The notes below the pieces were generated by a model. It had not been told where the DNA came from. It searched no databases and saw only the letters and a program-made list of their open reading frames with translations. This document shows positions 13,174 to 27,549 of a stretch of 64,000 bases of DNA, piece after piece (position 1 is the stretch's first letter; every line of letters begins with the position of its first letter). The stretch comes from Vicugna vicugna. Taxonomy: Eukaryota. Both the position numbers and the translations under genes were made by a program. Location: NCBI GenBank assembly GCA_013265495.1, contig MU057640.1, forward strand, positions 505,303-569,302, written 5' to 3'.

Positions 13174-14257
13174 GTCAGTGCCCTGTGGATCTTGGCTGGG
13201 CCTGTGATGGGAAGGGTGGGGAGTGCGGGGCTGCTTTGTCCATAGAGCTGAGTTTTCCAGGACAGTGTGTCCACGTGGTGCTCTCAGGAATAACCAGGTC
13301 CATGTGCACCCCCCCACACCGGCTTCCCTCTCTCTGGGGGTCTCAGGCCTTCCCCTTTCTTTTGTCTTTCTCTTGCTACCCAAGGAGAGGAAAGCCAGCA
13401 GGCGCAGAGTGGGAACGGGCCCAGCAGGAATGACTTTTGCAACAGAGTGGAAGGAACTGCAGCCCTTTAGAGCCGGGGGTACCTTCCTGTGGCTTCGAGT
13501 AAAGCAACCTTGTCCCGGACTGTGTGTTTCTAAGGAGGACAGTGAACCCTGTACCCTCTCCCCCCTTACTGTGAATGAACTTCTGGAGCATCTTACATGA
13601 AAAGGGCCAGCCACTAAAAACAGAACCCATCTTGGACATGGGAATGTAAGAGTTTCAGTTCAGAGTTTGCCTCTAGGTGATGTTGATTGCTTTGTGGCCA
13701 TGCAGAAGGAATTGGTTAGTCTTCTTGACTACTGATCTGTTATTACACTTCTGACCGGATGGCCATCTTTAGACCTCGTGGGTTGCAGCGAGGCCAAGGG
13801 GTTGCCCTGGGTCCTTAGCTTTAAGGGAACCTCTGGTCTGGGGGATGCCAGAGCTGGGACATGACTCAGAGTGGTGGCAACCGTGCTGTTAAGTGGAGCA
13901 AAGGCAGAGCTGACATACCCCCTTCCACTGTCACCAAACAACACAGATCTGGCAAGGCTGGTTGCCTAGTGATGTCACCTCACTCCTGCCTTTCCACACT
14001 GGCTCCTTACGCTGCCTTTTCTCTGCAATATCTCTGCTTACAGCTGTTGGGATTCTTTCTCACGTTTCCATTGTTAAGCATGCTTTGATTGTTCACTTTA
14101 ACCCAGATTTCACTTGTGCAAAAGTTTTGTTTGTTAGGGGTAGGTGCTCCACCCAAGTTCTCAAATGGTCTTGCACAATTTACAAACCCTTGCAAAAACT
14201 GAGGTTGTCTCAAGCTCCCTGAGATGCAAGTTGTGGGAGAGCCAAGTCTCCCGAAGC

Positions 14258-14560
14258 ATGATAATGTAAGCCACATGTATCATTTTATGTTTTCTAGTCT
14301 CAGCATTCAAAAAAAAAAAGAAAAGAAAAGAAAAAGAAACAGGTGAAATTAACTTTAACAATATTCTATTTAATCTAATGTAATATATCATTTCTAATGT
14401 AAACAATATAAAAATTATGAATGAGATATTTTACTTTTTTGTTATTATTTTTAACTCCAGTGTATATCCTACACTTTTAACACATTTGAATGCAGACTAA
14501 CCACATTTCAAGTGCTTGATTGCCACACATGGCTAGTGGTGGCCATATTAGTCATTGTGG
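14258..14560. mobile_element. hAT-Charlie MITE, MER33-like, followed by a MER5-like element to about 14730
   Basis: 'aaacaggtgaaattaactttaa' and 'ccacatttcaagtgcttgattgccacacatggctagtgg'. Confidence 0.75.
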
Positions 14561-15204
14561 TTCTAGAATTACACTCAAAGTGTGGTCTTGACTAGCAGCA
14601 CTGGGACCTTGGTAGAGATGAAGAATCTTGAGCTTCACCTCAGACCCTCTGCGTTAGAATTTGCATTTTATCAGATCCCCAGGACTGCATCCCCAGAATG
14701 CATATCCAAGTGTGAGAAACACTGGCTTTGAAGACTTACAGGTGGCGAGACCACCAGTCAGTATGACATGACTCCACACTGTCCCTGTTTCTTTATTAAA
14801 CATAAATAATTGTCGATATGAACAATTTATTTTGGAGGTGGGGGCTCCCTCCTTACCTGTTCCAGACCCATTGGTCTTGGTCTCTTGGACGTGGCATGGA
14901 TGAGTGATGAGGTAATCCCTGGTTTGATTCTTAACTGGACCAATTTAATTCTACCCCACTCAGAGCTTTGCAGTAGGTGCTATGGCGAGAGGGGGAGCAC
15001 ATTCACTGGCTGTGTGGGCTTTGAGCGAGGGTACTATTCTGTCACTAGTTGGATGTGCATCCATGTTGGAGTATGTGAACCCACTGGGTATATCTCCCCA
15101 CCTGTAAATAGCACAGTGGTACCTGGGATTCCTAGACAGCCTCGCAGCTTCCTCATAAGGATCAAATGAGCCATGTGTAATGGTATTTGCTTTTTCTTAC
15201 CCTT

Positions 15205-15640
15205 TCAATTAAAAATCAAAAAAAATTTTTGAGTAGGTAATACAGTCACATGTTTTGACATTCCAAAGGTATAAAAGGATATATTGTATGGTGAAAAATA
15301 AGACGCAGTCTCTGAAGAGGCATCGATAGTACCGTGTTTTGGGGGATTCTTCAAGAGAGAGTTCATACACGCACCAGGAATTACATCCATATGACCTTCC
15401 CCTCCTTTTTGCACACAGCGTAACCACCTTGCACTTTGCCCTTTCCATTAAAAAATGTGCCTCAGGCATTGGCCGTGTCAATATATAGTTTCCTCATTTC
15501 TTTTTCACAATTACACAATATTCCATTGTATGATTGCATATCTACTTATTTAACCAGGCTGTTCCCAATTTTTGTTTCTAATTTTTCCAATTTAACCAGC
15601 AATGCAATGAATATTTTACATGTATGTGAGGACATCTCAT
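15205..15640 (-). mobile_element. L1ME-like 3' fragment
   Basis: T-rich start and 'tattccattgtatgattgcat' motif. Confidence 0.55.
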
Positions 15641-16089
15641 ATGTAACTTGTTAATTTAAATGATTTTATTATAAATACTTGACACCAATTTAGTCTTTAT
15701 TCTTTTTTAAAGTCTCTTCTTAATATTCATATAAAAAGTATTTATTAAGAACACTTTATATCAGACTTATTGGATGGTCTTCTATAAAATCAAAGACATA
15801 TAGTACTGTAAAATACCTCGGACATCATTAATTACAATTCTTTATTTCATTGAAGTCCAGACAGGTTGAGAGACTTGCTCAAATTCACACAGCAATTCCT
15901 GTGGGAACCGGCAGAAAATCCAGGTTGCTCGATTTCTCTGTTCAGTGCTGTTTCTGATTCCTCATGCTGCTGCTGGTATGCTAACTTAAGTTTCTTTAAA
16001 GAAATTTCAACAAGTTTTTTCCCTTAAAAACTTTATTTTATGATTGTAAAACTAATACATTAATTATTAAAATGCACCCAAGAGACGGT

Positions 16090-16470
16090 TGACATTTCTT
16101 CAGTCATAAATGTCAGACACTTAAGTTGGACTACCTTAAGCAAAAAGAGGGAAATAGGTTCATGTAACACTGAACCCAGCGTTGATCTGGGCTTCAGGCA
16201 AAGCTGCATCCAGGGGCTCAAACATCGTAGTGAGGGCTTTGTGTCTCTCTTTCTACCTCTAACACTCTCTTGTCCTCATGGGACAAGCAAAGTAGCCACC
16301 AGCAGCCATAGACTCAGCACTCATCATACCCAGCAGAAAGGCTGTTCCCTTCAGTAGCTGTGGCAGAGAAGTCTCTGGAAGGACTGATTAGCTGAGTGGG
16401 TTTAGGTCTACCCCACCAATTACTGCCACTGAGGAGATGGGGCACTCTGATTGAATCCTCCTTATAATAA
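16090..16470. mobile_element. Old MaLR LTR remnant (MLT1J/K-like)
   Basis: 'ggcttcaggcaaagctgcatccaggggctcaaac' and 'ggactgattagctgag' motifs. Confidence 0.55.
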
Positions 16471-17744
16471 CCAGTATCTGAACAGCACACTAGTTTACAA
16501 AATTATGAAGCATTTTCATTTCTATCACTTCCTTCGGTGATATAACCATAGCCCTGGGAACTGGAGAAGGAATGAAGGGGTAAAAGTGTTATAAGCTCAT
16601 TTAATAGGCTATTGGCAAAGCCAAGCTGGATTTACTGTGCTGCTCACGAATCTGATAACCTATATTCTCACTATTGGTAGGGACTGAGGCTAGAAGCTGC
16701 TTTACCAGTGTCTGGTCCTTTTGTCTACAGACTTTTAACACAGGCCTCCTAGTGCTGAATGTGGAGAGGGTAAAGGAAGACTCTGGGGCTGGCAGTGTGC
16801 TGTAGCCAAGTGCCCAGTGGCACCGTATCTATATCTGTGATCACATGAAAGGTTTCTTGGGCTTTGCCTTCACGTTTGGGGCAGAGGCTCAGGTGGCTGT
16901 TCCAGGCCTCAGCAGGAAAAGGCCCAGTGTCAGAGATGGCCAGGGACCTGTGGGACGACCCTCTCTGGAAGGATGAGCGCCAGGCTCATTGAGGATGTGC
17001 CCTCAGAGGTGTAGCCATATCTCATGGTGGCACAAGACCCTAGCCAAGTCGGGTCCACCCAAGGCAGGCTGGCTGCTCCACACCAGCACCTAGCAGGCGC
17101 TGAGAAACAGTAAGCTGTCCAGGGCTTTTCAAATGACAGAGATCCTCCTCAGTGAACTTGTTCCCTCTCTGGGTAATCAGACCTACTACTAAGCCTACTG
17201 AAAACAAAAACAAAAGCCCCAAAGCCTTGGGCCACACGTGTGTCGTTTCTGTATCATGTTCTGAGTCTGTACCACTGGGCCGGGCCTGACTCTTAGGATA
17301 TACCTCCTCACCAGCCTGTGACTGTTAAGTTGTGAATAAAGATGCCTGGGGAGTGTCTGGGAGTCAGTGATGGGGCCCCTCGGGCTCAGACCTCAGAGCA
17401 TCAGGGCCCGTCTAGAGAACACACAGTAGCGTGACCAAGAAATGTACCACTCTCTTCCTGGAGGTGACACACGTTTGCGTTTGAATTTTTCACACAAGCC
17501 AGAGTTTCAGAAAAGGTTCTTCATCCAGGGTCCCAACTAGCCCGTATGGCATCTTTGTGCAAATGTAGAAGGCGGCGCCCCCTCTGGGTGGACGTTTATA
17601 AACAGCGCCCCTTCTGGTGGGTTAGGAGAGCACACACTGGCTCTCAGCCCTTTTATGTCCCCTTGGCAGGGGTCCCTGTGCAGGTACCTACCATGTGCCC
17701 ACCTCTCAGAGATGGAGGGAGAGGCTGGGGGCCTGCTCTCTTTT

Positions 17745-18110
17745 GCACACTGAAGTGGAGTTGGATGTAACCTTTTTGAAGGTCAGTGCATAGCACCTAT
17801 CAGTATTTAAAAATCACATGCCATTTGACCTATAAATTCTATGGCTAGGGAATTTATCCTATAAATTAATATATAGTCAGAATGTATCAGGTTGTCCACT
17901 GTGGCATTGTTTGTAAGAACAACAAACAAAGAATGAAAACAACCAGAAGGTGCCTTAGTAGGGGACTAGTTAAATATATAGTACATTCATACACTGAAAT
18001 ACTATTCTGTCCTTTAAAGGAACAAGTAGAAAAAGTGGAAAGACATCCAAGCTATATTTTAAGTGGAAAGAAAGAAAGCAAATTGCACAATATTATGTAT
18101 AATCCTCTTT
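17745..18110 (+). mobile_element. L1ME-like ORF2 C-terminal/3' fragment in sense orientation
   Basis: 'atgccatttgacctataaattc', 'tagggaatttatcct' and 'gtacattcatacactgaaatactatt' correspond to the degenerate ORF2 tail (PFDPAIPLLGIYP...WYIHTMEYY). Confidence 0.7.
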
Positions 18111-20419
18111 GGGCAAACCTTGTAGAAAACTGATAATCAATTTGTCCATCTTGGGCTGAATCTCTTTAAATCTATAGAAACTGAAAGAGTGAGTTTATGT
18201 TGAAAGAAAACCAATGAATGAGCCAGCCAACCCTTGGCACCCCTCTACCACCCAGGCCCTGTGGATGCCCATCCTCTCCTCTCTTGGGCTCCACCATCAG
18301 CGCCTTGTGTCCTCAGGGGAGGGAGAGAGAATTTCCCCTGATTAGTGAGAGATGGGGCATTGGCCTGGAGCGGAATTGTCTCAAGGCATGAGTTTCCTTC
18401 CATGTCAGACCTTTTTATGCGTAATAAGGAGATGCCACAAACAATTTGCCATGGAAACACCCAGTTTGCCCCTCCCATCTTCCTTTGTGTCCCTGCCTGA
18501 GTCCAGCCAGTGGTGGGCAGCTTTCTGCAACAAAGGCCAGGGTATAATGTGGGTTAGAGTGGTCCTTGACCCCAGGTCTTCAGAGCCGAGAGCTTTGTCA
18601 GGAAACCAGGTCAGGGCAAGGGGAGGGGGTGTCCATTCAGGAATGCTAAGGGGCCTTGGAGAAGGGCTGAGGGCAGGGCTGCAGAAACATCCACTTCTGG
18701 TTCAGCCCCACACAGCACAGAGCTTACCTGTGACATCTCGGAGCAGGAGCGGGGAGCAGATTGTGGTTGCTGTGAAGTCGTTTGTTTCTGGGCTAAATTA
18801 TACACTGATGGAGTACTCCCCAGGCCTGCTGTCCTCATCCCATCTCCCTCACTGTGAATGTGCCATCCTGCCTATGTTTCTTTACTTACTTGCTGAAAAT
18901 ACAAATGTGTCTGTGTGGGGGTGGGATGGGGCTGAGAGCTGGGGAGAGCTCTTTGGAATTTGAAAGCATTCTCAATGTCCCTGGACCTCTGTGTTTCTCA
19001 CGCCTAACATTACCCCTCCAATCAGTCTTGAATAAACATCTTGCAACCTCCTACCTGCCTGGGCATCTGAAGGACAACACATACAGCATTATTTCTCTCT
19101 GCTGACTGACAATGGAGTTCAGTGTTCCCTGCAGCTTGCACTTGGCTGCAGAGGCAAATGCAAGGTGTTTCAAGGCGCAGCCATCACAATTCAGGCAACA
19201 TGAAGACTTGGGTGGGGACTGGTGCGGAGGCGGGCCTCCCCTGGACTGTTTCCCCAAGAATGGAGCTCTGTCCTTGCAAAGGGAAAGCCGAGATGGCAGG
19301 AGAGAAAGGTGGGTGTAAATATCCAGCAGAAGGCCCTGAAGCAGGGCAGATATTGGGCAAAAGCCAGCTGATTAAAAAAGAGCCTTTAACTTCACTGTTT
19401 TTTTTTTTTTAATGAAGAAAAGGAAAAAGGCTGAGAACAAACTTTTACTTGTGTCCTGGATTAAATGCACAGGTAGTCTGCTTAGATCAGTTTAGCATCT
19501 TCTAACCCCAGATTTTTTGGTTCCTGTGGTCTAGAGCAGATTTTATCTTTGTTATGTATAGAGGTTGGGAAAACTGTGGCATTGAATTAGGAAGTTAATT
19601 TCCCAGGGGATATCAGTGGTGAAGCCAAGGAAAGAACCCTATGGGGGAACCTACTTACTGGCGCCATGTTGCTCCAGGACTCAATACACACGTTCATCCT
19701 GGCATCATTGGATCAGCAGGCCTCCTGGAATGTACCTGGGGCCTTGTAAATCCCTTTTGCTCCAGGACACTTGGGGAGCAGCATGGCTCTTTGCCACCCT
19801 TGCCAGATTCCAAGGGTGATGAGAAGGAAGGAAGCCAGGAATAGGGTTCTGGTTCTTTCCCTTGTGTTTTTTGGCAGCCACCCAATGACTGGGCATGGAT
19901 GACCAGGATAATCACCGCCCTACCACATGTTGTTGGGGGAACATGAACAGTTGGGCAGGAACCCTGTGGAGATGATAGGCTAGGGTGCCCCAAAGCAGCG
20001 GGTGCCATCGCCAGCCAACAAGCAGTCACAGGACCCTTGGAGGGGTACCCCCAAGGGGGCGGTCCAGGCACAGAGGCCTGAGTCCTGCCTGCATGGGCAG
20101 CGGTGGAGAGGCCGGCTTTGCCCGCCTAGGGTGTCCTGGCCACACTGCACTGCCAGAAGTCTACAGATGGGAGCAGGCTGCGGCCAACTTCCCCAGCTTT
20201 TGAAAATCCTGAATCTTAATTAGTTCCCTACTGCTTTTGTACATGGCCCACATTCTAATAGTCCCCGGCTCCTTCCACCATTTGCTCTCTGATGTTCGGT
20301 GTGATTTCTCTTCTCCTCGAGACAGTCTCCCCGACTCCTCCAGCACCCTCCCCATCCAGAAACAGCTTAAGGAACGCCAAAGTGCCAAGCATGTAGCCCC
20401 AGATTGATGAGCCTGTCAG

Positions 20420-21080
20420 CTGGCTCCCTGTGCCCCCTGCCTCCCCTCCCCCGTGTGCTCCGCACAGGGATGAACCGGGGGCGGGGGTGGGCGAGATGCA
20501 GGGACGCCGAGGAAGGGACCCGTGGAGCCCCCGGCCAGGTGTGAGCCAACGGGCAGCGTGACCTTCTCCCGGCCCGTGCAGGAGTCTGGCTGTGTCCTTC
20601 CGAGGGGGAAGGACGCTGGGTTCCCACCCTCATCTGTCAGAGCTTATCTGTCTCTGCGAGGGGGGTTGCCTGAGCTTGGTACGGCCGGGAGAATGGATGC
20701 CTTCAAGTGCATCAGGGGGAAATGACCAGTCATTTATCTCTTTCCTGCCGTGTCAGAGCTGCCGCCATCCATCGTGGAGGCCGCAACAGCTGCTTCTTCA
20801 GCTCTTGTTGGCGTCGTGAGCAGGAGAGCCGGAGAGTGGTGGGCAGGCCACGCCAGCCCCGGCCCCGTGCCCGGGCTCCTTACGCTCCTTTTGCCTTCCA
20901 GGCGGTCTGGGGAAAGGAGCCGGGGCCGAGGGCCCGGGCCGGGGCGCCGGCACTGTGTGCGTTCGGCGGGGCTCTGGGCGCTTGGGCTGGCGCAGGAAAC
21001 GGGCCGCAGCTGGGAGTCGGCCGGGCGGCCCGCACACCTGCTGCTGAGCTTCCCGGACCGTGGTTTGCATTCGGACCCAG
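20420..21080. promoter_or_regulatory. Intronic CpG-island-like GC-rich segment
   Basis: Dense CpG and GC content, especially 20810-21060 (e.g. gggcccgggccggggcgccggc), against a CpG-depleted background. Confidence 0.65.
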
Positions 21081-22779
21081 CAGAGTCACGTTTAGGGCAA
21101 GGGCTGTAAGACTGAGGAATCGCCTTGTTACACCAGCGCCTGTTCACCTGTATCTCTCCCCAGTGCACACGTTTGAGGGCAGGGGCCCACCCGATACTCC
21201 ATCTGTAACCCCAACACCCAGCACGGGCTTGGCACATAGTAGGCGGACAGCAAAGATTTATTCAAGGGATGAAAAGAAGAAAGGTGCCTGGTGTCTGGTC
21301 TCAAGCTTGTAGAACATGGCTTGGCTCCCATCATGCCCACATCCCAGATGACTGAGGCTGAGCAGGAGAGGAGGCACCTTTGGCAGCTGACCTGGCCTCT
21401 CCATCTGATTCCCAGCCTGGGCTATGGGGCTCTGTCCCAGCTTTGCCATCTTTGGTTTGGGGTAGTAGGGGCCTCCACTGTGCTGAACAGCTGTGCTCTG
21501 CAGGAGAAAAGGCACCAAATAGGAATCACAAGGTCTGGGTTCAAGTTCAGACCCCTCTACCTACTGGCTTTGTGATTTTGAGCAATAACCACTCTAACCT
21601 TGATTCTTCATCTGTGAAATGTGGGTCACTGCAGCTGCACTGCTTGCTTCCCCAGGGTTGTTCTGACAGTCACGTGGGATGGTGGAGCTGGAGGGCTTGG
21701 CCAGTGTGAGGAGGCACTGTGATGCCACCTCTGTGCTGTCCTGCTGGCTGGGCCGAGGGGATCTCAGTTGACGCTGTCTCTGTCCCTGGCACCAGGGATG
21801 TGCTCACTGCAGGCAGCTCACCACCCAGCTGGAAGAACATGTGCTGTCTGGTCAGCATGGGAACCCATTTCTGCCTTAGAATCTTTTAAAAGCCCAAGTC
21901 TAGTATCTTTTATATCAAGGAGAGAAGGCCTGGCATCTGGCTGTGGGATCCACCTTTACCAGAACCACAGCTTTCCCAGACTCACCCCTGTGTCCCAGAG
22001 CTCAGTCCTCTGGCACCGTTGCCGGGGGCACAGAGATAAATTTGGAAGGCTTCCTCTCTGCTTTTACTAACACCTGTCATCTCATGGTGCTAGGCCAGGC
22101 CTGTGTGGCTGGGTCTTTTCTCCTGCCCTTGGCCTAGGCTGATCTGCCTTCTTAGAGAACCGCTCCTCTGTGGACTCACTCTGTATGGCTCTATATACCT
22201 TTGCCCCTTGGCTCTCGGTCCCCAGCCTCCACACCCGGCCTCTATCCTGGTTCACTGGGTGGGGATGCCCCTGCTCAGGGGCCAGGCAGCTGCCCTCTGG
22301 CTGTACTTGGCAACCAGGACGTAGGTGCTGCGAAGGCAGGGCTTGTCTGTATCACACATGCCCTCTCCTAAGCGCTGGCTGGTTGGCAGGGCTCCACGCC
22401 TATTGCAGTCACTCCTAACTGGTCTTGCTTCTGCCCTCGCCTTCCTTCAGTTGTTTTCTGAGTGTTAAAATATAGGCATCAGAATGTCGCTCTTTGCTTG
22501 AAACTGCCCGTGGCTTCAGATGGCACTCAGAGCAGAAGTCAGCATTCTCGTAGTGGCCCGCACAGCCCTTCAAGGCCCGGGAGCTCTCGGGACTGGGCTC
22601 CTGCTCTGCCCTCAGGCTCACTGTGCTCTAGGCAGACAGGCTCCGGCTTCAGGGCCTTGGCGCTGATGGCTCCTTTGTCTAGAATGTCCTTTCCTGGATG
22701 GCAGCATGGCCCCCTCCCTGCTCCTTCAGGTTCTGGCTTTCCTGGCCACATCTAAAGCTGCAGCTACCCTCCCCTGACC

Positions 22780-23000
22780 CCTGGGACTCCAGCTTCCTCT
22801 CCTCTGCTCGGTTTCTCTCCAAAACACCAATTACCATCTGTCATAGTATGGGTCTTGCTTGTTTATGTCTTGTTTCTCCCCTACTAGAATGTAACTTCTG
22901 TGAGGGCAAGAACTTTTGTTTTTTGTTCTCAGCTGTGTCCTCAGCACCTAGAACAGAGCCCAGTACACAGTAAGTGCTCAATAATGACTTATCAAGTGAA
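22780..23000. mobile_element. L2 LINE 3' end
   Basis: 'ctagaatgtaacttctgtgagggcaag' and 'cagcacctagaacagagcccagtacacagtaagtgctcaataa'. Confidence 0.8.
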
Positions 23001-25714
23001 TGGGAAGAGCAAGGTCTTCCAGGTGGTTCTGCTGTGATTTCCAAATCTGCAGGACAGCGTCCCCTGGACTAGAGCAGCATCTTGCCCTCCCAGCCGTGCC
23101 TCGTCCTCAGCCTCGCCTATCCTCTTAACTGCTCCAGACTTGGCTCCTTCACTTCCATTCCCCCTGGGCCCACGCCCAGGCTGGGGGAGCTGTGCCTCCT
23201 GGTACCTGATGGTCTGAGAGTGTCAGAAGGCGAGGAGTTTGGCCGAGAAGCACAAGGAGATGGAGACATTGGGAAGCAAAAAGGAGGGTGCTCCCCCATT
23301 AACTGAGCATCCTCCCCTGCAGATGCTATAAGTCCATTATCTCTTCTGGCCCCGTAACAACACCAGGATATGAGCTCTCCAGCTCTACAGATGAGGAGAT
23401 CAAGGCCAAGTGTGCAGTGCATGGTACTAGAGCTGAGATTTCACCCCAGACAGCTTTTTGCACTTTCCAGTGATCTGTATTCGCTCGATCCATTTCCCGA
23501 CTCAATCCATTCCCACCATCCCTCGCCTCCCTCACCTTCCTGCTAAGTTGCACTGATGTGGCCTGCTGACCAGCCCAGTGGCGAGCTTCCTTTGACAGTG
23601 TGGGTGTTTTCCTGTTCTCAGGGGGGAGGGGAATGCTCATCTGTGTTGCCGATCTCTGGGTACTGCCGACAGGGGCCCATCCTTGTGTGCTGGCTTAGGG
23701 GCAAGTGGGTAGGCACAGCAGAGAGTGGGGACCACCTCCTGGGGGAAGGATCAGTCCTTCTGTTGTGTGGCTGTCCTGGGCTTCTAAACAAGCAGTAACA
23801 AGGGCCTGCAGGGTGCAGCCTGGGCAACGGGTCCTCATTGTGAACCTCATCTATTTTGAGCTTTATGAATCACAAAACAGGGAGTCCAGGGTAGCCAAGA
23901 AAATGGCACCCCTGAGGAATGAGCAGATGGATTCCCGGGCCTGCCACCATCTCAGGAAATCAGGGCTTTGGCCCCCTCCAATCTCTTCCCCTGTGGGGTA
24001 AGAGATAACAATACCCCCTTCTCTGTCCCCATGAGCCTTTATCTGATGGGGATAAATGAAATAATGACTCTTAAACTTCTTGCTCCTTGGGAGTAAGTTG
24101 ATGTGTAAATCTAAAGAAATATGATGAGCTTAACTCCTCAAAATAATAAGCACCCAGAAGAGAAAACTGCACATTTGTATTTTTAAAGAAAAACTAGGGG
24201 CAGGTTAAAAAAAAAATTCTGAGCACTCATGATGTAGCAGGAAGATTGTCTGCCATTGTCTGTGGGATTCTTCCCTCCCCTTGCACCATGACTCTATCTC
24301 CAGGCTCCTGCATCAGGGAGAGCTCATGATGGATGGACGGATGGATGTGCCTTGTCGGGGTGTTTCACCACGATTTCCCTTGGGGCAGTCTGTCTGTTGG
24401 CAGAGCACAGCCTCCCAAAAGATGGTATCTCTTGCAAACTCGACAGCTAACAGACAGCTCCTCTCTTTGTATATTTCCCCAAAGAAGAACTGTCTTAATC
24501 TGTTTTTTATATGGCATATTTTATTGTAATCCATATATGACTTGCAGGTCCCCAGTCCTCCATCCTGAGCCAAAAAATGCATGAGGAGTTAGAGGCACCG
24601 TGAGTCCATGACATCTAAGCGTTTGCATTTTTAAATGACCTGGGATTTAATTACTCTCTGTGCTCCCATGTTGCACTTTCGGGCTTGTCTTGCCTGCATC
24701 CTGTTAATGAGCTCAGTGGCTCCAACAACCCAGTGGAAGCCTTGCATTCAATGCGTTGGGTGGCAGGCTTGGGGCACCTGTGTCAGAAGCTTGTGGCTTT
24801 GATCTTCACCCGAGAGGGTGGCTGCCCTGTCCACAGCCTTAGAGAGAAGCCATTGCTCTTCACTGGTGATTTTTTTTTTTTTGGCTTTGCTTTTATTTGT
24901 GCTTTTCTTTTCTTTCTATTTTTTTAGAAAGACTTTCTATGCTTCAATCCTTGTTTGTCTAAGAGGTTTTTTCTTATTTGGAAACTGATTTGCTTCGGTT
25001 TGCACAGAAGCTGTCTCTGGTGTGATGGATCGTGCTGGAAGTCACCCAAGGAGTATCTCTGTTCCCAATTAGAAGTGGAGGCTGAGCTGCTTACAGGGGC
25101 CCGGGGAGGCGGCTGGCTTGGGTGACAGCTGCTGCCGCTCTGGAGAGAGTAACGATCCGTGGGTTTATATCCATGTGAATAAAATCAGGCTAATTTAAAG
25201 ATGAATTATGTGTGTGTGTTTAGACCATTTTCTTTTAACGTTACATGTTGGATGGCTCCTGTCCGGTTATGTGGTCCCCAAATTTGTGCGAGGGTCAAAA
25301 TGAATACGCTTATAAAGCATTTCTCAATCCTATATCCAGATGAGTTGTATTAGAATAAAACTGAATCAAGGAAATCCCTAAGGGCTTCATGGGGAATGTG
25401 TCTAGGACATACGTTGTGCAAGAGCTTGGACCCGTTACCTTATTTTTCCTTCACTCTGGGACCTCCTGTGGTCAGGAGCCAGAGAATGTACCCTCTGCTG
25501 CTTTGTTGGGAGGGCACTGGTTAGCCTGTCACTCTGACCTTGCCAGCTTTACCCATAGTGCTTTGAAACCAGGGTTTGCCAGGGGTCAGCGAGAATGCTG
25601 TTCTGGAATGGCGCTCAGCCGGGTATCAAGTAGACAGCATGAAGAACCATAGTTAATGTCCTTCCATTTTTTGGAAGCAAAATCATAGCACATGTTGCTT
25701 TTAATGCTATAAAC

Positions 25715-26038
25715 CTGCACTGTTTAATACGGTAGCCACCAGCCACATGTGCCTATGGAACACTTGAAATGTGGCTAATCTGAATTGAGATGCTCTGTGA
25801 GTGTAGAATATACCCTAGATTTCAAAGACTTAATGTGAATAAAATAATGTAAAAAACCAGAATAATTTAAAAATATTGATTGCATGTTGAAATGATATTG
25901 TTTTGGATGTACTGAGTTAGATAAAATATATATATTAAGATTAATTGGACCTGTTGCCCTTTACTTTTGTAAATGTGGCTACTAGAAAGCTTAAAATTAT
26001 ATAAACGGCTTGTACTATATTTCCTTTGGACAGCACTG
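25715..26038. mobile_element. MER33-like hAT MITE, opposite orientation to the copy at 14258
   Basis: 'ggtagccaccagccacatgtg', 'cacttgaaatgtggct' and terminal 'tttggacagcactg'. Confidence 0.8.
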
Positions 26039-27549
26039 CTGTACCATTAAAATCAGAATCGTCCAAATTTTGATAGTAATAACATGTAGCATTTATATGG
26101 CACTTAGAACATCCCAGGCTCTTTACACATATGATCTCCTTTTGAATCTTAAGTTTTGAATAGAAAAAAAAGCAAAACAAAAATTCAGCCTCATTTCCTA
26201 TTCTGTTTCTCATACTAGTTTTTGTGGATCTTTGTAGAATTTCTTTAAGCAGCGTATTACCATGTTTAATTCTCACACCAACTCTGTGAAATAGATACAG
26301 TCATCATCCCCGTTTAACACATAAGGAAACAGATGTAGAGGTTTAAGTAACTAGCCTGTGGTCCCTTGGCTAATAAGTGGCAAGGCCAGTATTTGACTCC
26401 AGGAGTTTCTGAAAGCAGAACTTCTATGAGCCAATTAAATATTTTGGTTAACTAGGTAAGGATAATGCCACTCAATTTCTCTGGAATTCTGGGAGTCTCT
26501 GTCTTTCTGTGCTCTACTTTCCTCAACAAGGGATTGGACTCAAGATGCTATTGGGGTTCCTCCTAGCTCTTTGCAGGTAAGAGAGCCCATTTCAGTCTTA
26601 CCGTATTGGTTCTCATTTCCCTCTTTCTTCTGACACTGTGCCCATCTTGTCAAGGACCAGAGAACTGAGCAAGTAGACTGAATGATGGGAAAGCAGGATG
26701 GAGGAATACTTAGCAGAGGAGGAAGGAGGAGCAGGAGAAGGAGGCGGAGGGAGTTCAGCAGTGATGGAAAGTTCTGTGTGGGCTCAGTACTGTTGTGTGG
26801 GGTGAACACCACGTGGGGATGTTCGTACACAGCTGAGCTCAGAACCGTGACACACACCTGCCCTCAGCCTCAGCAAAGATCTGCCTTTTATCCCGAAATA
26901 TGAGAACTATGGAGAGGGTCTAGGAATGCAATGGACGTGCACAAAGATTAGGAAAAACCTTCCTTTTCATGGAAGGACCAACGCAAGGCAGAGTGAAGTC
27001 CATACAGTCTAGAGATTAGGTGAATGTAATTCTGAGGTAGGTTGGGATCAAGGCTGGACTTTGCTCCTTACCAGCTGTGTGATATTAAGCAAGTTCTACA
27101 CCTCCCTAAGCTGCAGCATCCTCATCTGTAAAATGGGACGATAACTGTGCTCACCTTGGGTGGCGGAGGGGATTAAGTGATAACACAGCAGTAACAGGTG
27201 CCATGTTGTGAATGTTTACCGGGTGCCAAGCAGTCTGCGTGTACACAAATGTATTAACACTGGTCAGGGCTCAGCCTGAGCCTGCAAACTACTACTAAAG
27301 ATATAGCCAGTGAGGCTTTTGTCGCCCTGTTAACCATGTCTAGGAAAGATCATTTGGCTGCATTCTTGTCCTGTTGTGTGGCTTTCCGTGAAGTTACTTA
27401 ACTTCTCTGAGCTTCAGGTGACTCATTTATAAAATGATTAAAGCAGATGATCTGTGAGGCCTTTTTCAGCTCTAAAATACAGTGCAATTCTGGAAATAGG
27501 ATTTATTTAGTGTTGAGAAGGCTAAGGGGGATACTAGAATATGAACTTC

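Noticed and set aside
18352..18963. 203-aa ORF in intron 3
   Set aside because: No recognisable domain and a composition typical of GC-rich non-coding DNA; no supporting gene structure.
20707..21312. 201-aa ORF and overlapping ORFs on both strands
   Set aside because: Expected from stop-codon depletion in a CpG-island-like region; Arg/Gly/Ala/Pro-rich with no domain.
14258..26038. Inverted pair of MER33-like elements, and inverted MIR pairs elsewhere, as RNA-pairing or circRNA drivers
   Set aside because: Both MER33-like copies lie in the same intron with no exon between them, and they are too diverged for stable pairing.
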